Below are positions 16,584 through 24,649 of a DNA stretch of 32,000 bases, in pieces. Both the position numbers and the translations under genes were made by a program. Positions within the stretch are counted from its first letter, which is position 1; each line of letters starts with the position of its first letter. Under the pieces are notes generated by a model. It made no database searches and was not told the DNA's origin. It saw only the letters and a program-made list of their open reading frames with translations. This DNA comes from Nanopusillaceae archaeon (GTDB taxonomy: Archaea > Nanobdellota > Nanobdellia > Nanobdellales > Nanobdellaceae): the NCBI GenBank assembly GCA_038735675.1, contig JAVYNJ010000001.1, positions 1 to 32,000 of the forward strand. Direction: 5' to 3'.

Positions 16584-18233
16584 TTATTTAAGATATTCTT
16601 CAATTTTATTCCAACTTATTTTTAAGTTTTTTAATAATTCAACAAAAGTAGAAAGTGACCATAATTGAGAAATTGCTCCAGAGATATCTCTATTTTTGGC
16701 AGAAGATAATTCTGGAAGAGTTCCTATATCTTTTAGGTATTCAATAGAAGAGTTTAATATTTTGTTTATGTAATACTTGTACTTTTCACTATTTAGATCG
16801 TTCATACAAATTGCAGCAATGTGATTCAGATATATCCATGAATCTCCTCTATGCATAGATTTTTTACTATCTATAAAATTGGCATCTCCATTATTTTCTT
16901 CAATAAATTCGTAATCAAGTTTTGATAAAGATGAAAGGCCCCCCCATTCCAACCATAAATGATTTAATGAATAATCAAAAATTTTTTCCCATTTTTCTTT
17001 TGATAGAACATCTTTTTTTATATAGTAACATAAAAATACGTTTGGTCTTATTCTATATTCTTCAAAAGTATCAACTAAACTATTATCTTTTAAATATCGT
17101 TTTTCCACATTATCTTTTAAATCTAAATATAAATCTCTATATCTTTCGTCTCTTTTTATTCTATAAAGATTTTCATAAATATTCATAACTAAAAATTGAA
17201 GTTCTATTGGATATTTTCTATTTAAAGTATCCATCCAGCTTTCATTTGGAAAAGAAACAAATAATTTTGTTTTTGGATCATAATGAGTTTCTGTGAATTT
17301 AGGTAAATTATCTTCTACTATATTTACTAATTTTAAGAACTCTTCTTTTGAAAATATATATTCAAAATCAAAAATTCTTTTAGCATACAATCCGAAGCTG
17401 TCAGAATTCCCATTTAATCCATCAAAAATTAGATTTTTCATTTTTCCATTTGGCAAAATATATTTAGAATATTCTATTAATTTTTCTTTTACAAAAGATT
17501 TGCCAAGAATATAGTAAAGCCCTTTTAGAGATATTAGAACATCTCTAGACCACTCTTGATAATACCAGGGATAACCTACAGATATCCAATCATGAATGAA
17601 AGATTTTATTCTTTCTTCAATTAGATTTTTTGATTCTTTTTTATAATAATCTTTAATTTTTGGATTTCTTATTAAAGATATAATTAATTTCTTTCCTTTA
17701 ATGGTAAAAGGACAGTATAAATATCTTTTAAATGGTGGAGAATTTCTTTTTTCATCAAAGTCATAATAAATCTCTACCCACTTATCTTTATTTTCGAAAA
17801 TACTTGAAAATCCAGTTAAATATACCCTAACAAAAAGATCATTCTTTTTAAACTCTATATTTGCCATATTAGAAGTTATTTGATAATTATATATTCTTCC
17901 CCACTCTTCTGTATCGTATATATCTTTTATATCAAAGAATATCTGAATTTTTGAAATTTTTTTAGTTTCATAAAGTAATCCAAACTTAAACAATTTGTAA
18001 ATTTCGTAATTATCTTTATAAAATATTTTTAATGTGTCAGAGCCATCTAATATTATTTTTTCTGGTTTTTCTACTATATTTAAATTTTTTAAATGATCTA
18101 AGATTTTTATATATCTTTTATTGTATGGAAAAAATAAGCCAAAAAATCTACTGTATCTTTTTAGTGACAAAATAAAGAAACTACCGTTTTTTGATAAAAA
18201 TGCAAAATCTCTATTTCTTAATTCAAGTTCCAT
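16584..18233 (-). CDS. Glycogen debranching enzyme-like protein (amylo-alpha-1,6-glucosidase / GDE_C six-hairpin domain)
   Basis: The central block ..VGYPWYYQEWSRDVLISLKGLYYILGK.. matches the GDE_C pattern (aGyPwf..GRDtlis..Gl). The 549-aa length resembles archaeal GDE-type proteins. Confidence 0.72.
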   Translation of the reverse strand: MELELRNRDFAFLSKNGSFFILSLKRYSRFFGLFFPYNKRYIKILDHLKNLNIVEKPEKIILDGSDTLKIFYKDNYEIYKLFKFGLLYETKKISKIQIFFDIKDIYDTEEWGRIYNYQITSNMANIEFKKNDLFVRVYLTGFSSIFENKDKWVEIYYDFDEKRNSPPFKRYLYCPFTIKGKKLIISLIRNPKIKDYYKKESKNLIEERIKSFIHDWISVGYPWYYQEWSRDVLISLKGLYYILGKSFVKEKLIEYSKYILPNGKMKNLIFDGLNGNSDSFGLYAKRIFDFEYIFSKEEFLKLVNIVEDNLPKFTETHYDPKTKLFVSFPNESWMDTLNRKYPIELQFLVMNIYENLYRIKRDERYRDLYLDLKDNVEKRYLKDNSLVDTFEEYRIRPNVFLCYYIKKDVLSKEKWEKIFDYSLNHLWLEWGGLSSLSKLDYEFIEENNGDANFIDSKKSMHRGDSWIYLNHIAAICMNDLNSEKYKYYINKILNSSIEYLKDIGTLPELSSAKNRDISGAISQLWSLSTFVELLKNLKISWNKIEEYLK

Positions 18234-18256
18234 AATATTCTAATTTCGAAAAATTG

Positions 18257-18264
18257 TTAAAAAA
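18257..18264. promoter_or_regulatory. Central A/T box (TTAAAAAA) in a 52-bp divergent spacer, possibly a shared TATA element
   Basis: The box is centred 25.5 nt from the ATG at 18286 (+) and 27.5 nt from the ATG at 18233 (-). Confidence 0.3.
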
Positions 18265-18285
18265 GATTATATACAAAAATATAAG

Positions 18286-19503
18286 ATGAGAATATTATTT
18301 TTAAGTTGGGGGGTCTTACCACAAAAAACTGGAGGTTTGGAAAAAGCAACATACTATTATTTAAAATACTTTGATCAATTTAATCACAATGTTTATCTTA
18401 TTATTCCAAACATAAATGATGACATAAAAAATTTTTGGCAAAATAAACTAAAAAATTCTAAAATTATTGGTTTGAATATTGATATAAGTAAAATTTCATC
18501 TTATTTTAATTTATTTACTATTATAAGACAAAGTAAGAGTATATTTTCTAAAATAAAAACTATAATCGATTATAAAAGAGCTGTTTTTGAATATAGAGAT
18601 AAACTAATTAAGTTTTTGGAAAACGAAAAGCTAGAATTTGACGTTATCTATTCTTACGATTGGTTAACAATTCCTGCAGCAATAGAGATAAAAAACAGAT
18701 ATAAAAAACCTCTAGTCTGGCATGTTCACCAAACAGCTTATGATAGAGTCGGCGGAAATATAGAACATTTGAAATATCTTTTAGATCATGATTATGGAAT
18801 AGAATTAGAAGCTTGTAAATTAGCAGATAAAATTATAGCTGTTAGTAATAGAGTAAGAGATATTTTGATAAAATATTACAATTGTGATCCAAAAAAAGTA
18901 GAAGTTGTTTATAATGCTCCAGATGATAATTTTCAAATTAAAAAGAAAAATTGGTATAAAATTAAACAAAAATACAAAATTGTATTATATCTTGGAAGAA
19001 TGACAATGCATAAAGGTCCAGATTGGTTATTAAAAGCAGCTAAAAGGGTTTTGGATATCAGAAAAGATGTTTTATTCATATTTGCTGGTCATGGAGAGAT
19101 GTTAGAACAACTTATAAAAATGTCAGCTGAAATGGGAATCGGAAGAAACGTAATTTTTACAGGATGGGTAGATGACGAGTTAGCAGAGTTTTTGTATGAT
19201 ATTGCTGATGTTTTTGTTTTGCCATCAGTTTCAGAGCCTTTTGGTCTTACTCCTTTTGAGGCTTTACAGAGAGAAAATGCAATTATAATTACAAAACAAT
19301 GTGGTGTTTCAGAAATCCTAAAAGATGCAGCAATAGTGGATTTTTGGGATACTTATAAAATGGCTGATTATATTTTAGCTTTTCTAGAATATCCAAAGCT
19401 TAGAAATTTTGAAATAATGAATTGTTTAAGAAATTTAAATAATCTTTCTTGGTTAGATTCTTCTAAAAAAGTAGAGGAGATATTAAGAAAGGCCATATTC
19501 TAA
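18286..19503 (+). CDS. GT-B glycosyltransferase, archaeal GlgA-like glycogen synthase (GT4/GT5)
   Basis: The blocks MRILFLSWGVLPQKTGGLEKA.., ..LGRMTMHKGPDWLLKA.. and ..VFVLPSVSEPFGLTPFEALQ.. parallel Pyrococcus GlgA (KVGGL, GRF..QKG, EPFGL..EAM). Confidence 0.75.
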   Translation: MRILFLSWGVLPQKTGGLEKATYYYLKYFDQFNHNVYLIIPNINDDIKNFWQNKLKNSKIIGLNIDISKISSYFNLFTIIRQSKSIFSKIKTIIDYKRAVFEYRDKLIKFLENEKLEFDVIYSYDWLTIPAAIEIKNRYKKPLVWHVHQTAYDRVGGNIEHLKYLLDHDYGIELEACKLADKIIAVSNRVRDILIKYYNCDPKKVEVVYNAPDDNFQIKKKNWYKIKQKYKIVLYLGRMTMHKGPDWLLKAAKRVLDIRKDVLFIFAGHGEMLEQLIKMSAEMGIGRNVIFTGWVDDELAEFLYDIADVFVLPSVSEPFGLTPFEALQRENAIIITKQCGVSEILKDAAIVDFWDTYKMADYILAFLEYPKLRNFEIMNCLRNLNNLSWLDSSKKVEEILRKAIF

Positions 19504-20688
19504 TTGCTCTCTTTTTTCTGTCGATAATTTTGATTCTATATCCTTTAAAATATTCATAAATGATATATAAGCATCGTAAGGTGTTTCAAAAGCCTCTTCT
19601 CTAAAATATTTATGCACATCTCCATCAGCATTGTATTTTAAGCTCATATAATACAAATTATCAGATGTAGATAGATATCTTAAAACTCTTAATGCTTCTT
19701 TGTTATTCTGCCTTTTTGCAATTTCAAAAAGATCTTTCAAATAAGAAAGAGCTTCACTTTGTATAGAATCTCCTAACCAAGCCGATAAATCTCTCTCTAT
19801 ATCAGCCCAGGATATAATTTCTGGTATGTCTAGTTCTCCAACGGGTGCGAATTTATAAGATGCTTCTGAAACTGTGTAAGTTTCGAAATAATCACTTTCT
19901 CCAATTAATTCAAATAATCTATTAAAAAATTCGAATATTCCGGATTCTGGCCAAAGATGTTCTCCAATAGTTTCAAAATCCATAAATATATTTATAATAT
20001 CTCCAGGGGTTTGTAATAACCAATTAAAATATTTATCAGCATTTAAAGGATAATGTTCCCAATTTGGGTTTCCAAACCTAAAAGCTATATCGTCAGATAG
20101 TCTATAATTTCGTGGTAGCAATCTTAAATTAACTCTTTTTGCTTTATAAACATAATTAGGGCTTCTCCATTTTAGAACTTTTTCAGTACCTTCTATTAAG
20201 GCTGTATGAAATCCTAAAGAGTATGCAATTTCTCCTATTTCGTTATTATAAGCTAATTCAAAATTTCTAAAGGCTTTTGGAGAATATCCAAATACCTCTC
20301 TTATTTTGTTTATATGTAGCTTTACTTGTTCTTTAAATTCTTCTTTATCAATTAAATAAGAAACGGAATGATAATAAGTTTCTCCAAGAATTTCAACATT
20401 TCCAGTATCTACTAGTTCTTTCCATAGATCTAAAATTTCTGGATGCCAAGATTCTAATTGTTCGATTAAAGTACCTGTAATTGAAAAAGAAAACTTTAGA
20501 TTATACTCATAAATAGCATTTAGTATCATTTGAAGAGCTGGTTTGTAACATTTATTTACTACTCTATCTAATATTCTCTTATTTACCTCGTCATTGAAAT
20601 AGTTGCTTTCCTTTAACATATCGAAAAATGAAAAATATCTTATCCTTCTAGGCTGATGAGCATGAAAGTAGAAAACCAATCCGGTCAT
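19483..20688 (-). CDS. GH57 family alpha-glucan-active enzyme (alpha-amylase / glucanotransferase-like)
   Basis: GH57 region I is ..FYFHAHQPRR... Later regions are ..GNVEILGETYYH.., ..FRNFELAYN.. and ..FMDFETIGEHLW... At 401 aa it is shorter than GH57 branching enzymes. Confidence 0.8.
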   Translation of the reverse strand: MTGLVFYFHAHQPRRIRYFSFFDMLKESNYFNDEVNKRILDRVVNKCYKPALQMILNAIYEYNLKFSFSITGTLIEQLESWHPEILDLWKELVDTGNVEILGETYYHSVSYLIDKEEFKEQVKLHINKIREVFGYSPKAFRNFELAYNNEIGEIAYSLGFHTALIEGTEKVLKWRSPNYVYKAKRVNLRLLPRNYRLSDDIAFRFGNPNWEHYPLNADKYFNWLLQTPGDIINIFMDFETIGEHLWPESGIFEFFNRLFELIGESDYFETYTVSEASYKFAPVGELDIPEIISWADIERDLSAWLGDSIQSEALSYLKDLFEIAKRQNNKEALRVLRYLSTSDNLYYMSLKYNADGDVHKYFREEAFETPYDAYISFMNILKDIESKLSTEKREQLEYGLS

Positions 20689-20723
20689 AAAATCTTAATA
20701 AGATAAAAAATTATAAAGTTAAT

Positions 20724-21017
20724 ATGAAATATTTTGTTAAAAGAGAAGAAGAAGCTTTTATTACCGTTGATGGACAAAAACTCTATACTATTCAAGATTT
20801 AATATTATGGTTAATAGGTTGTTCTGAGGCTAGCTTCAGATATCATGTAAATGAAAAAGCAAATCATTTTTTTGATTGGATAAAAAATTCTATAGGTTCG
20901 GAAGCTCTAGCAAATAGAATAAAAAATATAAAGAATAAGGAAGAAATGATTAGAATATTGGAAAATTTTATTTATAAGACAGAGGCCGATAAAAGAACTA
21001 TTATACAAGAAATATGA
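20724..21017 (+). CDS. Small hypothetical protein (97 aa), first gene of the MinD-like/GT3 synthase operon
   Basis: Its stop overlaps the next gene's start (ATGA at 21014-21017). It is predicted soluble and helical (..HFFDWIKNSIGSEALANRIKNI..). No family was recognised with confidence. Confidence 0.5.
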   Translation: MKYFVKREEEAFITVDGQKLYTIQDLILWLIGCSEASFRYHVNEKANHFFDWIKNSIGSEALANRIKNIKNKEEMIRILENFIYKTEADKRTIIQEI

Positions 21018-21694
21018 TAATAAATGTTATTTCTTTAAAAGGTGGTGTGGGAAAAACTACTATTTCAATAAATTTAGCAGCATATTTAAGAAAGGAATAC
21101 AACAAAAGAATTCTTTTGGTAGATTCTAATTTTAATAATTACTCAACTAAATTATTTTCTAAATTTAAGCTTAAAGAATATGGAGAAAGATTGTATAACG
21201 GTATATATCCTCTAAAATACTTCCATTTAAAGATTTTGAGATCAATACCAAAAGAAATAGAAAAAGATCTGGAATTATTAAAAAGATATTATGATTATAT
21301 AATATTCGACTTACCTAATGATCTAGAAATAATATTAAATTTTGAAAAAGTATCTAATTTAAATTTACTAATACTAAATTCAGATATATTTTCTTTATTT
21401 TCTAATTATTATCTATTTCAACTTTTAGATAAAAATAAAACAAAGCTGATATTAAACAAGTATGATGGAAATAAAGAGATTATAAAGTTTATTGAGAGAA
21501 AATTTGGAAAAAATGTTTCTACAGTTATTTCTTTTGACAAAGAAATAGAAAAAATTAATTATAATAGAATTCCAATAATCTATTCAAAAAGCAAAAGAAA
21601 AATAATAAAAGAATTTGATGAATTAGCTAGTTTAATAACTGGAAAAAGGAAAAAATTCTCTATTTTTGAAAGAATACTTTCTTTATTCCTATGA
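21014..21694 (+). CDS. MinD/ParA-family P-loop ATPase with a C-terminal amphipathic helix
   Basis: The deviant Walker A with signature Lys is ISLKGGVGKTTISINLA and the Walker B-like motif is YDYIIFDLPN. The C-terminal GKRKKFSIFERILSLFL resembles a MinD membrane-targeting helix. Both ends are ATGA-coupled to neighbours. Confidence 0.75.
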   Translation: MIINVISLKGGVGKTTISINLAAYLRKEYNKRILLVDSNFNNYSTKLFSKFKLKEYGERLYNGIYPLKYFHLKILRSIPKEIEKDLELLKRYYDYIIFDLPNDLEIILNFEKVSNLNLLILNSDIFSLFSNYYLFQLLDKNKTKLILNKYDGNKEIIKFIERKFGKNVSTVISFDKEIEKINYNRIPIIYSKSKRKIIKEFDELASLITGKRKKFSIFERILSLFL

Positions 21695-23373
21695 AAATTT
21701 TTGAAGAGTCTTGGGAAGTATGTAACAAAGTTGGTGGAATATATACTGTATTAAATTCGAAAGCACAATACTTAAAAGAAAAATATTCAGAAAATTATGT
21801 TCTAATTGGTCCATATCAAAAAAATTTGATAGAATTTGTAGAAGATAATATACCTGCAGAGCTTGAAGGAATATATAAAAATTTATTGAGTAGGGGAATT
21901 GTATTACATTATGGATATTGGGATATTAAAGGAAAACCAAAAGTTTTTTTAATAGATTTTCATGATTTCTTTAGAAGAGAAATCAATTATTGGAAGTATA
22001 AATATTGGGAATGGTATCAAATAGATTCTCTTAACTCCGATTACACTTATGATGAGCCCTTTGCATGGTCAGTGGCTGTAGGAATCTTTTTAGAAGAATT
22101 AGACAAAATCTACAACTTTAAAAAAATATTACATGCACATGAATGGTTATCTGGAGGAACAATACTTTATGTAAAAGCGAAAAATCTAAATTACAAAACA
22201 ATATTTACGACGCATGGAACTGTCATAGGTAGAACTATCTCTTCTAGAAATCTAGATATTGTGAAACTAATCGATAAAATTGAAGCAGATAAAGAAGCGT
22301 ATAGTTTAAAAGTTCATTATAAACATCAAATGGAAAAAAATTCAGCAAAATATAGTGATATATTTACAACGGTATCTGAAATATTGTCTATGGAAGCTGA
22401 AAAGTTTTTAGGAAGAAAACCAGATAAAATAATTTACAATTCTATTTCTATAGAGGAAAAAGATATAAAAAAAGAGTATCTTACGTCTAGAAGATGGTTA
22501 GAAGAATTCGTTTTATGGTATTTTATGCCATACTATGAAATAGATTTGAAAAAAACAATTTTTATATATACTATTGGCAGATACGAGTTTTATAATAAGG
22601 GAATAGATTTAATAATTGATTTAATGAAATATCTTAATCACTCGAACATAGATAAAAATATAATTCTATTTTTATTTATTCCTACCGGAATTTCGGGAGT
22701 TTCTAAAAATGTTTTGAGATTATATAATAATTATCAATTCTTAAAAGAATTTTTTGAACTAGAAAAAATAGAAATAATTAAATTTTTAATGAGAAAAGAT
22801 TATGAAAAAATAAAATATATTTTTGAAGAATATTTACCAAAAGTTTCTAAAAGTAGTAAGCCAAGTATAGTAACTCATGATTTGTATGATAAATCGGATC
22901 TAATTTTGAATAAATTGATAGAATCTGGATTGGACAATGAAGAAAAGGACAAAGTGAAAGTCGTATATGCTCCAGTTTATATAGGCCAAGATATAATATT
23001 CAATTTACCTAAAGAAAAAATTTTAAGTGGATTCGATATTGGTATTTTTCTGTCAAGATACGAGCCTTTTGGTTATACAGCTTTAGAAAATATATATTAC
23101 GGAATTCCAACAATTATTTCTGATAAAACCGGATTTTCTTTATCTCTAAAAAACAAAGGAATAGAGAGTAAAAATATACTTTTAGTAGATATAAATAATT
23201 TTAATGAAGAAATGGAAAAGATAAAAGATTTTATTTTTTATATATCAAATTTGGAATTTGAAAAATATTTGGAAGTCAAAAAGGAAATTTTTAATATTTC
23301 TAAGTTTTACGATTGGAAAAAAGAGATAAATAATTATATAGATATTTATGAAGCATTAAATAATTTACAATAA
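21691..23373 (+). CDS. GT3-family (animal/fungal-type) glycogen synthase
   Basis: The blocks ..WEVCNKVGGIYTVLNSKA.., ..HAHEWLSG.., ..IFTTHGTVIGR.., ..IGRYEFYNKGIDL.., ..IVTHDLYDKSDLILNKL.. and ..SRYEPFGYTALE.. align block-by-block with yeast Gsy2 as I recall it. Confidence 0.9.
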   Translation: MKIFEESWEVCNKVGGIYTVLNSKAQYLKEKYSENYVLIGPYQKNLIEFVEDNIPAELEGIYKNLLSRGIVLHYGYWDIKGKPKVFLIDFHDFFRREINYWKYKYWEWYQIDSLNSDYTYDEPFAWSVAVGIFLEELDKIYNFKKILHAHEWLSGGTILYVKAKNLNYKTIFTTHGTVIGRTISSRNLDIVKLIDKIEADKEAYSLKVHYKHQMEKNSAKYSDIFTTVSEILSMEAEKFLGRKPDKIIYNSISIEEKDIKKEYLTSRRWLEEFVLWYFMPYYEIDLKKTIFIYTIGRYEFYNKGIDLIIDLMKYLNHSNIDKNIILFLFIPTGISGVSKNVLRLYNNYQFLKEFFELEKIEIIKFLMRKDYEKIKYIFEEYLPKVSKSSKPSIVTHDLYDKSDLILNKLIESGLDNEEKDKVKVVYAPVYIGQDIIFNLPKEKILSGFDIGIFLSRYEPFGYTALENIYYGIPTIISDKTGFSLSLKNKGIESKNILLVDINNFNEEMEKIKDFIFYISNLEFEKYLEVKKEIFNISKFYDWKKEINNYIDIYEALNNLQ

Positions 23374-23387
23374 ATTATAAATATAAT

Positions 23388-23966
23388 ATGGTAACATTCT
23401 CGGAATTTATGATTAATCTTTTTCAAAAACTTGGAATATATTATATATTCTCAATTATATTTATAGCGCTTGTAGTTTACGTATTATCTTTAAACTTGCT
23501 AAAAAAGTTTTCTAAAGACTTTTTAGATGATAAGAAAATAAATGTTATATCTATTTTAATTTCAATATCTGTAGCAATTCTAGCATCTTCTTTATATAGA
23601 ATATCCCATATGTTTTCTTATTTTTTAGCTCTTGTATCTTCTATGACAGTTGTTTTATTATTTACTTATGCTATACTTATATTTTTTGTTGATAAAAAAC
23701 CTACAGTTTCAGAAACGGGAGTTAGAAATATATTTATAGTAATTTTGTTATTGATAACATCTTTTATTTTTATAAGTTTTTATTTTGCTTTTCAGGATGT
23801 TTTATATCCTCTAATTTATAGCGGTAGTTCTCAGGAAGGTTTAGGAGGACAATACGATATTTTTTCACATATTTTTAGAGCAGAAATATTGATAATTCCA
23901 TTTTTATTTGTAATTATGGGTTTAGCAATAATGGTTTTAGGAGCCGGACAAGATAAAAATAAGTGA
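23388..23966 (+). CDS. Hypothetical polytopic membrane protein (about 5 TM helices)
   Basis: It begins 14 nt after the GT3 synthase gene on the same strand. The product has repeated 20-residue hydrophobic segments and no recognisable family motif. Confidence 0.55.
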   Translation: MVTFSEFMINLFQKLGIYYIFSIIFIALVVYVLSLNLLKKFSKDFLDDKKINVISILISISVAILASSLYRISHMFSYFLALVSSMTVVLLFTYAILIFFVDKKPTVSETGVRNIFIVILLLITSFIFISFYFAFQDVLYPLIYSGSSQEGLGGQYDIFSHIFRAEILIIPFLFVIMGLAIMVLGAGQDKNK

Positions 23967-23968
23967 GT

Positions 23969-24649
23969 TTATTTTTTCATTTCAATAATTTCTGCTTCAC
24001 CTTCAGATAATTTTGAAATTTCTGATAAAAACTCAGAATAAAGTGCTGCAGGTATTTCAAACGTACCAATCCAACATTCTTCATATTTTTCTTCAATAAT
24101 TCCGTATTTCTTTTTTATAATACCTAAAATTTTTACTTTATTTATTGGAATTTTTACAATTACTCTTTTTATTTCTATTTTAATAGGATATTTTTTCTTT
24201 AGTTCCTTTATTATTTCTTCTGCTTGCTTTTCTACGGGTTTAAAAGGATCAAAATTGTATTTAATATTTTTTATCATCTCTTCTATTCTTTGATACGTGA
24301 ATGGGGCATTAGTTCTAGGATCTATAGAAATTCTTCTTATATATTCAATTATTTGCTTTCTTTTTTCCTCAACAAGTTTTTTTCTATATTCTGTTGTTAT
24401 TTGTATTTCACCATTAAGAATTATTTCTTTCGAAATTTCTAATATTTCATCTTTTCCAAAAACTTTTTTTAGAATCTCTGAAGATACTCTTTCTCCTTTT
24501 TTAGCATCTTTAAAAATTTCTTGTAGCTTCAGAACTTCTTCGATATTTTTTATTTTTCCTTCTTTAAACATTAATGCTTTTTCTAAATCTACGTATATTT
24601 CAAAATTGTATCCCCCTTTACTATAACGCGCTATTACAGTGGAACTCAT
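23969..24649 (-). CDS. SBDS/Sdo1 ribosome maturation protein
   Basis: The N-terminus ..VIARYSKGGYNFEIYVD..AL.FKEG.. and the 226-aa three-domain length fit SBDS. Its position directly downstream of psmA (ATGA overlap) matches the conserved archaeal superoperon. Confidence 0.9.
   Translation of the reverse strand: MSSTVIARYSKGGYNFEIYVDLEKALMFKEGKIKNIEEVLKLQEIFKDAKKGERVSSEILKKVFGKDEILEISKEIILNGEIQITTEYRKKLVEEKRKQIIEYIRRISIDPRTNAPFTYQRIEEMIKNIKYNFDPFKPVEKQAEEIIKELKKKYPIKIEIKRVIVKIPINKVKILGIIKKKYGIIEEKYEECWIGTFEIPAALYSEFLSEISKLSEGEAEIIEMKK

Noticed and set aside
14206-17514. ORFs at 14206-14451 (-), 15156-15437, 15780-15989, 15916-16122, 16922-17188 and 17293-17514 (+).
   Set aside because: They are antisense to adkA, pyrG and the debranching-enzyme gene. 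Their composition is typical of non-coding reverse frames.
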